Source: Octopus sinensis
Taxonomy: Eukaryota
DNA length: 42,086 bases
Direction of reading: 5' to 3'
Assembly: GCF_006345805.1 (NCBI RefSeq)
Contig: NW_021835221.1
Span: forward strand, 1-42,086
Shown here: in pieces, positions 24,190 to 36,346 of the stretch
Position numbering within the stretch: the stretch's first letter is position 1
Layout of the letters: each line of letters starts with the position of its first letter
Notes under the pieces: model-generated
Told to the model about the DNA's origin: nothing
Database searches by the model: none
Seen by the model: only the letters and a program-made list of their open reading frames with translations
Translations under genes and position numbers: made by a program

Positions 24190-24545
24190 AAACCGGAAGC
24201 GTAGGTCTGCACTATACAGTTGGACGCATGGGCTATCGGAAGTCGCAGACAACGCTGCTGCTTTTGTCACCATCAATCCGCATATTTTTAAAAATGGAGG
24301 CGCATGTGTGCTTGAGTGTCTGCACATGTGCAAGGGTGTGTGTGTGTGTGTGTTGTCAGCGATTGTTAGCATTCACAATGTTCGGATGCTGGAGTGGTGA
24401 TTAGTGGTAACAAGCAATCGTGTTAATGTAAACCGGCAACACAACTTGTAAGAGCCGCTTCTCTTCAATACAAAAACAATTCCGCCATATTGGCTCGTTC
24501 TTCCTGTTTTCATTTAGAGCCGACATGTTATTTCCGCTTCCGTTT
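24190..24545. promoter_or_regulatory. Candidate promoter or enhancer (CpG-richer unique island with YY1 and ETS-type motifs)
   Basis: CCGCCATATT (24482-91, YY1 consensus CCGCCATNTT), CCGGAAG (24193) and tandem TTCCGCTTCCG (~24531-24542). Motif evidence only. Confidence 0.3.
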
Positions 24546-24979
24546 ATCGCTAATGACATTATTATTACTAATATTTTGTTATTGCTATTGTTGTTACAAT
24601 TATTGTTAATATTATTATTATTATTTATTTTATAATAATTATTGGTTTGTTTTTTGCTTTGTTTTTTTTTACGTTGATGTTATTAATAATGGCGATTTTG
24701 TTGTTGTTATTATGGTTTCGTTCTTGGTCAATCCCGATCATGCAAATACATAAGGAAAGACGTGCCAGTCATGACCATTTCGTCTGTTTTCTTGTTTCTA
24801 ATACTGCGTTATCTAATATATTTGTATCACATTTATGAAAATATGTCGTAATTTGAGTAAAATCTGGGTGCTACATCTAACGACTGCCATAATCACTTTG
24901 AGACTCCTTTTGCCTTGAGTAATATGCTTATCACGGTTGATGAAAGTTTGATTCTTAAGATTTATTAGGAGTTAGATGC

Positions 24980-25142
24980 CATTTGTGTCCTGGCTGTGTG
25001 GTAAGAAGTTTAGTTTCCAAGCATATGGCTCCGGGTTTAGTGCCAACGTGTGACACCTTGGACAGCAGTCTTCTACTATAGCCTCGGGTTGAGTAAAGCC
25101 TTGTGAGTGGATTTGGTAGACGGAAATTAAAAGACGCACGTC

Positions 25143-25193
<51 letters not shown>

Positions 25194-25342
25194 CGCAGGT
25201 GTGTCCGTGTGGTAAGAAGCTTGCTTCCCAACCATATGGTTTCGGGTTCAGTCCCACTGCGTGGAACCTTGGGCAAGTGTCTTCTACCACATCCTCGGGC
25301 CGACCAAGGCCTTTTGAGTGGAAACTGAAAGAAGCCCGTCTT
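24980..25342 (+). mobile_element. Two tandem SINE B 5' halves (24980-25143, 25192-25342) separated by (TA)n
   Basis: Each has the gtgtggtaagaag head, B-box-like gggttcagtccc or gggtttagtgcc, accttgg(g)ca(a)g, and ends near gaagcccgtc. Confidence 0.85.
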
Positions 25343-25349
25343 ATATATA

Positions 25350-25530
25350 TAATGAATCCAAACAAAAAAAGAACAAACAAGAAAAACCAATAACACAAGG
25401 ACGTGGTAGAAATACTGTTTTATCAGACGCTCAGGAAAGGAAAGAAGAGGATTTTACGTTTCGAGTAAAGCTCTTCTTCAGAAATAGAAAGGAAGACGGA
25501 GGAAGAAAATCGTCAACGATACACACCTGG
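25350..25530 (-). mobile_element. Family E: short non-coding hammerhead-containing element
   Basis: Homologous to 38470-38665 and 27455-27552 (aggacgtgg...gacgctcagg...acgtttcgag...ctcttc). Confidence 0.75.
25451..25485 (-). ncRNA. Minimal type I hammerhead ribozyme motif (intact core)
   Basis: ATTT CTGAAGA A GAG cttta CTC GAAA CG TA AAAT. Stem I ATTT/AAAT, stem III palindrome ACGT, cleavage triplet GTA. Confidence 0.7.
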
Positions 25531-25550
25531 TTTTATATATATATATAATA

Positions 25551-25585
<35 letters not shown>

Positions 25586-26104
25586 GGTATGTATGTATGT
25601 ATGTATCTATCTATCTATTTATATGTATGTATGTTATATGTATGAATGTATGTATGTATGTTTCCATCTTTAAACTGCCCTGCATCATGGGTCTAAAATA
25701 TAAAATCGTTTCCTACCCAGATGAGGGAGGCTTGATTTATCCAGTGTGTATTCGCATCCATTACTGGCTGCATATTTTGGTGAACTACCTTTGCCAACAT
25801 TGTGATGGATCCCCGAGCCCCACAGAAACAGCTGCTAGACTTACAACACCTTACATCTTCCCATTTAATTCGCTTTATCGTTTCTACTCTTTGCAATTTT
25901 GATCTACTAAGATAAATATTTATATATTTATATTTAAATATTCATCGTCTAAAAGTCTTACGTCTTCGCTTTCTTTCTGTTTGCATGTAGACCTGTATTT
26001 ATATTTTGTATATCAAACCGGAGCTGTTACATTTAATTTGTTTATCTGCAATATATTGACTCTCTCTCTCTCTCTCCCTCTCTCTCTCTCTCCCTCTCTC
26101 TCTC

Positions 26105-26151
<47 letters not shown>

Positions 26152-26420
26152 GTTTTCCAGTGATCGTAGTCTCTGTGTCCGTATATATGTATACAATTAC
26201 GTGCTTTGACAACAACATTAGATCATTTTAGCTCTTATTTCTAACAATGTAGGTCTTTCTAACAATGTAGGTCTTTCTAACATCTAGTTATATTTCGTAA
26301 CAATTATAGCTTTCCCTTTTGGTAAAACATTGCACACTGCTCTGTGTGTGTGTGTGTGTGTGTGTGTGTAGACAGGTAGATAGATAGATAAATAGTTAGG
26401 TAAATAGACAGATAGATAGG

Positions 26421-26488
<68 letters not shown>

Positions 26489-27395
26489 CAGATAGATATA
26501 GATAAATAGATAGATAGATAAATAAATTGCTAGTGTTGTGTGTGTGTGTGTGTGTGTCTGAGTCTAACAGTGTGTGCAAGTGGTGAGTATGCAATAAGTT
26601 ATCAGCGATTGTGGGTATAAATACATGCATTTGTGTGTTCACGCACGTTTTCTGCGTATCTCTGCTTCTGTGAGTGTATGTATACATGTAGGTTGCGACT
26701 TTTGCGCGCGTCCGTTATCCTTATGTTATTTTGCGTGTGCGTAACTGAGTCTATTTCGACATATATCTATATATATATATCTATATGTATGTATGTATAT
26801 GTATATATATATATATATACTCGTAACTGTATGTTAGATGGGGTTCGCGTGTGCGTGTTCATGCAGCCAATCAATGGCCTCGCTGTGGTTTACTTGACAC
26901 GTGATATCATTCATTCATAGGAAGCCCACGCAGCGTTATTTTTCCTTCATTAATTAACCCTTTCACGACATCCCGTGTGTGCATGCGTACGTCCTTGAGA
27001 CACAGCACGTCACCGCTCTGCCTCGAGGGTCTACACGCGCGCGCACACCTTTGCTTGGCTGTTTATTAATATAAACATATATGTGCATATCTACATTCCT
27101 ACATACACTATATATGTATACACACACATATGTATATATATATGTATACGCACACACACACACATATATATATATAACAGTTCGATGAATGCTTAGCTGG
27201 ACGAAACTTCGAGGTCACTATCAATGCTATCTTGTTAAAGAATTATAAATTTTTACTTTACGAAAAGTATTGAATAATCCTTCAGTTTAATGTAAATCTT
27301 TTAATTAAAACAGTTCTACATAAAAACAACCTTTAAAGTGTGTGTTTGTGTGTGTGTGTGCGTATGTGTATGAGCGTGTACACACACACACACGC

Positions 27396-27446
<51 letters not shown>

Positions 27447-27454
27447 CACATATA

Positions 27455-27552
27455 GTTAACATGAAAGCACAAAGAGAAAACACAACAACGCGAGGACGTG
27501 GAACAAGTATAGTGTTATTGGACGCTCAGGGAAGGAAAGAAAGAAGATTTTA
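27455..27552 (-). mobile_element. Family E 3' fragment, truncated at the ribozyme
   Basis: gcacaaagagaaaacacaacaacgcgaggacgtggaacaagtatagtgttattggacgctcaggg matches 38489-38551. (TA)n on both sides. Confidence 0.75.
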
Positions 27553-29532
27553 TATATATATATGTGTGTGTATATATATAAGCACTCACTGTACACACAC
27601 ATTGTTAATTTTTTTATTTAATCTGTAGAATTACAATGTAGCCCAAAGCTGAAGAGATTCTTATCAAACATGTATGCATAACACACACGCGCACACACAT
27701 ACTTATACATATGCTCCATACATATTTACATTTACTAATGTACACATTTACCTATGCAATGTCGTGTCGAGTGCACTCGTGCACACACATATCACAGGGG
27801 TGTGCAGTGGTGTTGATTCAGTGCTGTAGAAAAATAAGAAAACACGACGACTGAGTTTAATTGAACAACACCTCACACTACAGGGTTTCTAAATACACCA
27901 GAGGAACACGCACAAAGACAAAAAATATCCTCGCAGTATTCCGCAAATAATTTACAATGAAAAGCAATATCATTCGTTAACAAATTTCAAGCTAGTGACG
28001 CCATTATTGTTATATAATCTTAACGTTTCGGCTTTTGTGCTCTCCGGCCAACTTCACTTGCCTCTCGTATTTTGTAATGCATTTGGTTGTTGGAGCCCTT
28101 GATTTATCAGCAGGGCAAAATTGCTCTCATCCCGTTGTCCATGCCAGGAATATTCACCAGTTACTTAATGAGTAAGTTGCAATGCCGCTTGTTCGCTCCG
28201 CTTGAACAAATGTTTTTGTTTGCTTTTTTTTTTTTGGTAGTCCATCGCTTGACAACTGGTTTTGCCCTTGTAAGTTATTGGTTCTGCGATAGAGAGTTGA
28301 TTGAATAAGCACCAGAGTTTAAAATAGTTATAATGAGAAAATCCTAGCGATCTGGTTACCTTATGTCAGAGCAATGTCGGAAAAAATTTAGAAGATCCTT
28401 ACAATACGAAGATAGAATTCAAAAGTAGGTTTGTCCTTCGAGATATCTCCCTTGCACAGATTCTATCTAAGGAGTCCCTGATGAAGAAGTGTGTTTATTC
28501 CATTCCATGCAGCTGTAGCAGGGAATAAAAAATGGAAACCTGTCGACCATAAAGTAAGGTACGAGGTAATTCACAATGTATGCCGGGACAGATTGAGAAT
28601 GACTGATCATATGCGGAAGGAAAAGGGGAATCACCCCACCATTGTGAACAATGTCAAAACTAATAAAGAGCGAACAATTTTAGAAGACAATATGACTGAA
28701 AGATAAGCACACGTTCTGAGTTTTGATCACCACCTCCGTTAGCTTAAAATACAGATGCTAGCAGACAAATTTCCGCTAGATGGCAGCCTTAAATTCAAAA
28801 GATTAAGACGCCGAAATCCATAGAAATGAAATGAAAATTTGGATTTAAAGTTCCAAATTTCCGCCTTGGTAATTGGTCTTATGTTTCAGGGCATAGTCTA
28901 TAAAGTGTTGATTTAGTGTGCCAGTTTAAGTGGTGAGCATGAATCCAGTGTTTGAGTCAGCGGGTTTATATATTCTCCTGTCTCTGGCTCAATAAACATG
29001 CTGCATTACAAGCTGGAAATTAAGCAGGATGATAAAGATCTACAAGTGTAGAAGTAAACTCTTAGAAATAGGATGATTCAGTTTTAGACATCAACGTTCT
29101 GATCGAAAACGTTAGATACATCATGTCCGTTTATATGAAAGGCGCAAATGCAGACAACTACAGACACAAATGTAAATGGTAAAATCACATCTGAGAAGAA
29201 CATTTAGGTTATTCTCCACAAGTGAATCTCTACATAAAGAAATCCAAAGAATGAAACATTCATTAATCAACAACGGCCAATATTTCTGCACCCTACGGGG
29301 AAAATTCAGCTGAAGGGGGAGATAATTCGTCACAAACAAGTGAGTATATATTTTTAAATACTTTAAGTAAATGTAAACATTTGTGAATAATTATATTTTA
29401 CAATGGTTGATTAACAAACGCATGGCAAAAATCCGCCTGTGTCTTCATACATTTGCATATGAGTGATGTAATAAAAGGAAAGAAGAATTAAGCAGATTTT
29501 CCTATTCATTTTCATTTGAAGTTCATCCATGG

Positions 29533-29911
29533 ATGATGGATCGTTTCGGCTGTGACATAGAATACGTCAGTAAAAATATCCAAGAAGTACTTATTGAACT
29601 AAAATGCAATGATGAATTTAAAAACAGATTTCAAAATGGTGGAATGACTGAATTATGGCTGTCAATTATAGCTAAACAGCGACATTTCACAGCATGCGGT
29701 CTGAAATGGCGAGAATACTGTTGTGTTTTCAAATTTCGTATTTTGGTAGAATGTGGATTTAGTGCAGTGAATAAAATCTTGACAAAAGAAAGAAATAAAA
29801 TCGATATATGATGTTAGACTACAGCTCACAAATTTTAGTTTAAATATAAAATAAAATATCAAATCTAAAAGAAATCTGGCAGTAAAGCATCAACCACAAG
29901 GAGGACATTAA
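29533..29911 (+). pseudogene. hAT (Buster/Charlie-type) transposase C-terminal remnant
   Basis: IQEVLIELKCNDEFKNRFQNGGMTELWL...LVECGFSAVNKILTKERNKIDI*..VRLQLTN...LAVKHQPQGGH* matches the hAT dimerisation region (E.GFS..., HQ...H end). Contains frameshifts and stops. Confidence 0.8.
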
Positions 29912-30140
29912 ATAAATGACGTAAGTAAAGTATTTTAAATTAACACAAATAATTAGCCATTGTCAACACCTAATTAGGTTACCTATGAAGAAATTCAAAG
30001 AACACAAAAGTGAGCGATCTCCAGAGACGATGGATCCACAGACACTCTCAATTTTACAAGAATGGACAACCCAGAATAAAGAAATTCACAATCGAGCATA
30101 ACGTGTGTGCATTCTCATCAGCGATTGCCCAACCGGATAT

Positions 30141-30200
<60 letters not shown>

Positions 30201-30229
30201 ACACAAACGCACGCATACACACAATTTTT

Positions 30230-30420
30230 TATTCTTTCATTTTTTACTGCGGCCATGCTGGAGCACCGCCTTTAGTCGAGCAATTCGACCCCAGGACCTA
30301 TTCTTCGCAAGCCTAGTACTTATTTTATCAGGCTCTTTTACCGAACCGCTAAGATACGGTGACGTAAACACACTAACATCCATTGTCAAGCGATGGTGGG
30401 GTGACACAGACACACAAATA
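30230..30420 (-). mobile_element. SINE B 3' half
   Basis: actgcggccatgctggagcaccgcctttagtcgagcaattcgacccc...aagcgatggtgggg. Confidence 0.85.
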
Positions 30421-30450
30421 CATATATACACACAACACTATATATATATG

Positions 30451-30522
<72 letters not shown>

Positions 30523-30622
30523 TTAATAATAAAAGTGAAAAATCAATTAATTAATTAAATCAATTAAAATTTTTACGAAGTAGATCGGTACGTAAAAATA
30601 ACCTTTATAGGTAAAATTATAC

Positions 30623-30794
30623 AAATATTCTACAATTATAATCATAATTATAATTAAGGGTCAGCTAATTGCTTACTACGTAAGCAAGGAATTTTTGTAG
30701 ACAAGGAATTTTTAACTCCCATTTCTAAATTCGGAATGTGGTGAAGCAATTAGCTGACCCCTAATCATAATTATGTTTATAATTATAGAATATT

Positions 30795-30795
<1 letters not shown>
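30623..30795. repeat. 52-bp inverted repeat with a 69-bp spacer
   Basis: Arms 30623-30674 and 30744-30795, with four mismatches by manual comparison. Confidence 0.85.
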
Positions 30796-30825
<30 letters not shown>

Positions 30826-30829
30826 AGAG

Positions 30830-31040
30830 TTTCCTCTTTCTCCTAAAGGTAGAAGGCTTGAAATTCTGGCAGAATGTGCGTAGTTGACTACATCGAGCCC
30901 ATTGGTCAGCTGGTGTTTAGTTCATCGATCTCGAAAGGACGAAAGGCAAAGCCGACATCGCGGAATTTGAACTCAAAACGCAAAGACGGACGAAATGCCG
31001 GTAAGCGTTTTGCTCGGCGTGGTAACGATTCCACCGTCTT
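30830..31040 (-). mobile_element. Diverged SINE A2
   Basis: gttgactacatcgagccc...gaaaggacgaaaggcaaagccgacatcgcggaatttgaactc...ggtaacgattcc. Confidence 0.7.
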
Positions 31041-31242
31041 CTGTCGATTTATTTATAATAAAAACAATTTTACGTTAAACTGAAGGATTGTTCACTACTT
31101 TTTATGGCGTATATATCAATCATTCTTCTACAAGAATACTGTTGACAGCGACTTCGATGCTTCCGGTGAAGTATGGCAGACCAAAGCTTCGAACTCAAGA
31201 TGACACATAGACATACGCACATGTGCATACATACTTATATAT

Positions 31243-31452
31243 AAAGGGTAAGTTTTCGAAAATAAACAAAAGACGAAGGCAGGTGGAGTACAAACAAACA
31301 AATGTATTAGTATAGCGCTCAGGAATAGAAATAGAAAAAGTCTTTTACGTTTCGAGCCTACGCTCTTCGACAGAAAGATACACAGAAAAAAAAAACAAGG
31401 AGAGAAACAAGGAGAGAAAAAAATGCGTGTAGGAGCTAACGATCTATCATGA
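31243..31452 (-). mobile_element. Family E-related hammerhead-containing element
   Basis: Shares cgctcaggaa and the acgtttcgagc...gctcttc block with family E. Its flanks differ. Confidence 0.65.
31341..31378 (-). ncRNA. Minimal type I hammerhead motif with variant core CUGUCGA
   Basis: TCTTT CTGTCGA A GAGC gtag GCTC GAAA CG TA AAAGA. Stems I and II are perfect; core A6 is replaced by U. Confidence 0.6.
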
Positions 31453-31855
31453 CACACACACACACATTATTCATCAGAGTTTTAAAACTTAACGATTTCA
31501 AATTTTGAAATTTCATCCATTCTCTTCATTTTAAAAGAGACTCTGTAGTTACAATTATTTTTTTCAACTACTTACATTTTTAACAAACAAATAGCGTGAA
31601 AAGAATTATTTATCTCTCCTTTTTAACGTAGGTCTTCAATATTATTTTTGATATTGTTGTTTAAGCATTGCGTAACTTTCAATATGTAAGACCAAACAAA
31701 ATGCTTTTTTGCTAAAACATCATGTATGCATACATAGATATATACACACATATATACATACATGCACACATACTTACATACATAAATACATATATTTATA
31801 TATATGATTAATTTTAAAATGTTTTAAAGTAGTAAAATATTTTTTTTAATTTTCA

Positions 31856-31910
<55 letters not shown>

Positions 31911-32183
31911 GTTGTTGTTGTTGTTGTTGTTGTTGTATTATTATCATCATTTTGAGTATAAGTCAATATTTCAATGTAGTTTTTGTATATTTTTTAAATT
32001 TTCTTTATCCGTTCATTATATTATTATTATATATATATATATATAGGTTAGCAAGATGTTTTTTTTTATCATTTATAAAATAATATGTCTGGCAATATTT
32101 TTTAAGCATAATATTTCCAACTCATATTGACGCATATACTCATACACGCACACACACACATACAAGCATAGTACATAAGCATG

Positions 32184-32242
<59 letters not shown>

Positions 32243-32328
32243 TATATATGTATATATATATGTATATGTATATATATATGTATGTATATATGTAATATAT
32301 GGATATATGTATATGTATATGTATATAT

Positions 32329-32373
<45 letters not shown>

Positions 32374-32424
32374 ATATACATACATACATACATACATAAA
32401 TACATACATAAATACATACATACA

Positions 32425-32458
<34 letters not shown>

Positions 32459-32804
32459 CATACATACAATGTCTTTCAGTTTTTAATGTCTTTCTCCTTC
32501 CTCAACATTACATGTGTAAGCTTTTAAATGGAATATTTTTCACGTTTCAAAAATAAATTTAAATTCGTCTTTTTTTTATATATTTCCATAAAATTTTATT
32601 TTATTCTTTTTACGCATTTCTCTTGTTATGCATATTTATAATATTATGTAACTTCCTTTTACATTCGAAAGTTTTCATATTTGTTACACGCTTATTCTGA
32701 TATGCTTATCAGAATGACACACACATATACACACAAAGATATGTATGTATTATGCATGTATGCTACTAGGTACGTAGATAGATATGTATTTGTATGTCAA
32801 ATCA

Positions 32805-32844
<40 letters not shown>

Positions 32845-33662
32845 CGCATTTATATATATATATATATATACTCATTTATTCATATGAATGAAATATTTTT
32901 ATATGCGTTTGTTTCTACTCATACGTTTTTATATAATGTAAAATATATAAATGTTATGTATAAATTACATGTATATGTATGTATATAACATGATATACAT
33001 TATATATATTATATATATATAATATATATCTATATATATATATATATATATTTATATGTATGTATGTGTATATTGATATGTGTTTGTGTATGGTGTGTGC
33101 CTAACCACGCTAACAGGTAACAGCTCACCTCGCTCGCAGACACTCAAACACACACACACGCACAACACACACACACACACTCACTGTGCAGACTGATAAA
33201 CAACACACAACACGTACAAACATATGAGAGTGTGTTGCTGCTGTGTGTGTGTATGTGTGTGTGTGTGTGTAGTGGTGTGTGTGCGCGCGTGTGGTTTGCT
33301 TGTATGAAGACAATTGTTTACTGAAATTTATTATTTGTTTTTAGGGGTTCTTTTTTTGTTTTTCAAATTTTATTTCAAATTATTTCCAAAAAACATACCT
33401 CTTCAGAAAGTCGGTGATACATACAAATATCTATACATACACACAAACAGCGCGCGCGCGTACACTCACAAACGCACACTTGCAACGAGGAAACAAACGC
33501 ACACTTGCAAACGAGGAAACAAACGCACACACGAACACACACTCTCCCAAACATACAAATAAGTTAACATACATATACGTTTATATATACACATAGATTT
33601 ATGCATGAATACGCACGTATAATAATAACTACAATAACAAGTAATAGTAGTAGTGTATATAT

Positions 33663-33713
<51 letters not shown>

Positions 33714-33714
33714 C

Positions 33715-33748
<34 letters not shown>

Positions 33749-33883
33749 ATATACATATGCGTTATATATAATATATTATATATATATATATATATACGCA
33801 TACACAAAAACACACATATATAACGAAATATCCCATACTCTGGGATATCCCAGAAACAGTTGTAAGACTGAATAATAATAATG

Positions 33884-33937
<54 letters not shown>

Positions 33938-34028
33938 TATATGACTTGAGATGTTTTCCTTGCCTTAACGTTTGTTGTCCTCTTTAGCAATTATTCACAA
34001 ACACACACAAACACACATTATTTTAGTG

Positions 34029-34661
34029 TTTGGTAGATATAAGAAACATAGTAAATATAAAAGAAAGGGAGACAAGGAGAAGTATAATAATTAAAATATA
34101 CAGCATATCACATTCCTGAAATTTTGTTTTTTTCTTTGTTTTTTCGTATGTCATGTTGGAACTTCTTGAATATCTGTTAATCGGAATATATTTCTTCATA
34201 TCGATAACCGGAAACGAAAATAACTACAGACATAAAACCAGTCTGTTTAGCTACAATAATTCTATTCGCACAAGGTAAGGCTGAATTTCTTATTAAATTA
34301 ACTACAAAACGTCCAGAAATACGAAGCGTTTCCTCTTCCAGCCTTGAAGCTCGCGAAGTCAAAGTTTAGCCAGATTTTGCAGAGTGTCAGACTGAGAGTA
34401 CAAAGAGAGACACCATTCACTTCCGATGCCACTTGCGCTGATTCTTCTCTCTTTTACTTGTTTCAGTCATTTGACTGCGGCCATGCTGGAGCACCGCCTT
34501 TAATCGAGCAACTCGACCCCGGGATTTATTCTTTTGTAAGCCCAGTACTTATTCTATCGGTCTTTTTGCCGAACCGCTAAGTAACGGGGACATAAACACA
34601 CTAGCATCGGTTGTCAAGTAATGCTAGAGGGACAAACACAGACACACAATCATATACATAC

Positions 34662-34715
<54 letters not shown>

Positions 34716-34915
34716 GACAGGCTTTCAGTTTCCGTCTACCAAATCCACTCACAAGGCATTGGTCGGCCCGAGGCTATAGCAGAAGATACTTGCCCAAGAT
34801 GCCAAGACACTTGCCCAAGATGTGTATAGTTTAATATGGTGTATAGTTTAATTATTATATACTTCTCCCTGTCTCCCTTTCTTTTATATTTACTATGTTT
34901 CTTATATCTATCAAA
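34029..34915. repeat. ~80-bp inverted repeats bounding an ~890-bp segment (foldback or MITE-like)
   Basis: 34029-34108 (tagatataagaaacatagtaaatataaaagaaagggagaca...) is the reverse complement of 34834-34915 with few differences. Confidence 0.85.
34446..34822 (-). mobile_element. SINE B, 5'-truncated, inside the inverted-repeat segment
   Basis: Matches 6025-6350. Ends in a local duplication of acttgcccaagatg. Confidence 0.85.
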
Positions 34916-35915
34916 TTCTGTGGAATATACTGGAGCAACATGAAGCGAAGTGCCTTTAATCATAACAAAACCTGCCTCGCTGTTGAGGGATCGGACTCGT
35001 GGTGGAGAGATCTTGAGTCCAAATCATTTACCTCTGAGCCATGGGCTTGCATTAAATGTAGAATTAAACGTGCTAAGCAGTCAAGGAACAGTTTTAGGGT
35101 CATTGAGTCGATGGCACTCAAGCTTTATTTGGTTCTCAAACTTATCGAAATAATGGTTTGAGCGTTCTGGATCCTCTAGAAATATAACTCGTTGAATCAG
35201 CATTAGCACTGGCTCTCATTATATTCGATGTACAAAATTAACCGATGAGAGTCTTCAAAAATATTTGCATTTGGTGCCTTCTGTAATGTCCAACGTAAGA
35301 TTCCAAACCTATGTTAGTATTTGTATTAACAGTACCTCTGTTAACAATACTTTTGATAGTGTACTTTTGATAGTGTAACAATACTTTTGATAGTTCCAGT
35401 GGACATTCGTTTGTTTCATACAATTACAAATCATAAAGTTTTGGTAAGCAGTTGGTTCAAACAATTTGAATCTACTCAGATTGGACAATATCTGCCCAAA
35501 ATTATATGTAGTAGAATAAGTAACTTAACGGAACGCTGATTAATACTTTTAAAATACTTGTGGTCGAAAGGAAAGTTTTTCAGCATTTTAAATGAATTTT
35601 TTGACACTGCCGTCAGGAATTGTCGATATAAGGCTGGTTATACCAAGATATATCTCTACTTTTATTTCTCTTTCTATTGGTCGGATAATCTCTTTTAACA
35701 TATCTAATTTTAACACAGAAATTTTAGAAAATCGTTATATTTTGAGAGGTGTCATTAAAAATAGTCTCCATCGAAGAGAAATGGGGAAAATTTTGGGGGT
35801 GGTTTTCCAGAAAATGACAAAAATCTATTAGTGTTGTTTATTGACTTTGTTTTTGTAGACAGTTAAAACTTTTCTTTGATAAAACTGAATGTAAGACCAA
35901 GGCAAATAAATTTAT

Positions 35916-36346
35916 CAGTAAAATACCCGGATATTTCAGACAACAGTAAAATACCCGGATATTTCGGACAACAGTAAAATACCCGGATATTTTGGACAGC
36001 AGTAGAATACCCGGATATTTCGGACAACAGTAAAACACCCGGATATTTAAGACAACAGTAAAATACCCGGATATTTCAGACAACAGTAAAATACCCGGAT
36101 ATTTCGGGCAACAGTAAAATACTCGGATATTTCGGACAACAGTAAAATACCCGGATATTCCGGACAACAGTAAAATACTCGGATATTTCGGACAACAGTA
36201 AAATGCCCGGATATTTCGGACAACAGTAAAATATCCGGATATTTCGGACAACAGTAAAATATCCGGATATTTCGGACAACAGTAAAATGCCCGGATATTT
36301 CGGACAATAGTAAAATACCCGGATATTTCCGACAGCAGCAAAATAG
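35916..36346. repeat. 28-bp minisatellite, ~15 copies
   Basis: Unit cagtaaaatacccggatatttcggacaa is repeated without spacers. Confidence 0.95.

Noticed and set aside
26954-26965. TTAACCCTTT as a piggyBac terminus
   Set aside because: No matching opposite end was found nearby.
27645-28060. Partial hammerhead-like strings at ~27649 (+) and ~28020-28060 (-)
   Set aside because: Each lacks one conserved box or stem I.
35916-36346. CRISPR-like array or repeat-protein ORFs
   Set aside because: The units are contiguous with no unique spacers, there are no cas genes and the context is eukaryotic. The ORFs just reflect a stop-free 28-bp unit.
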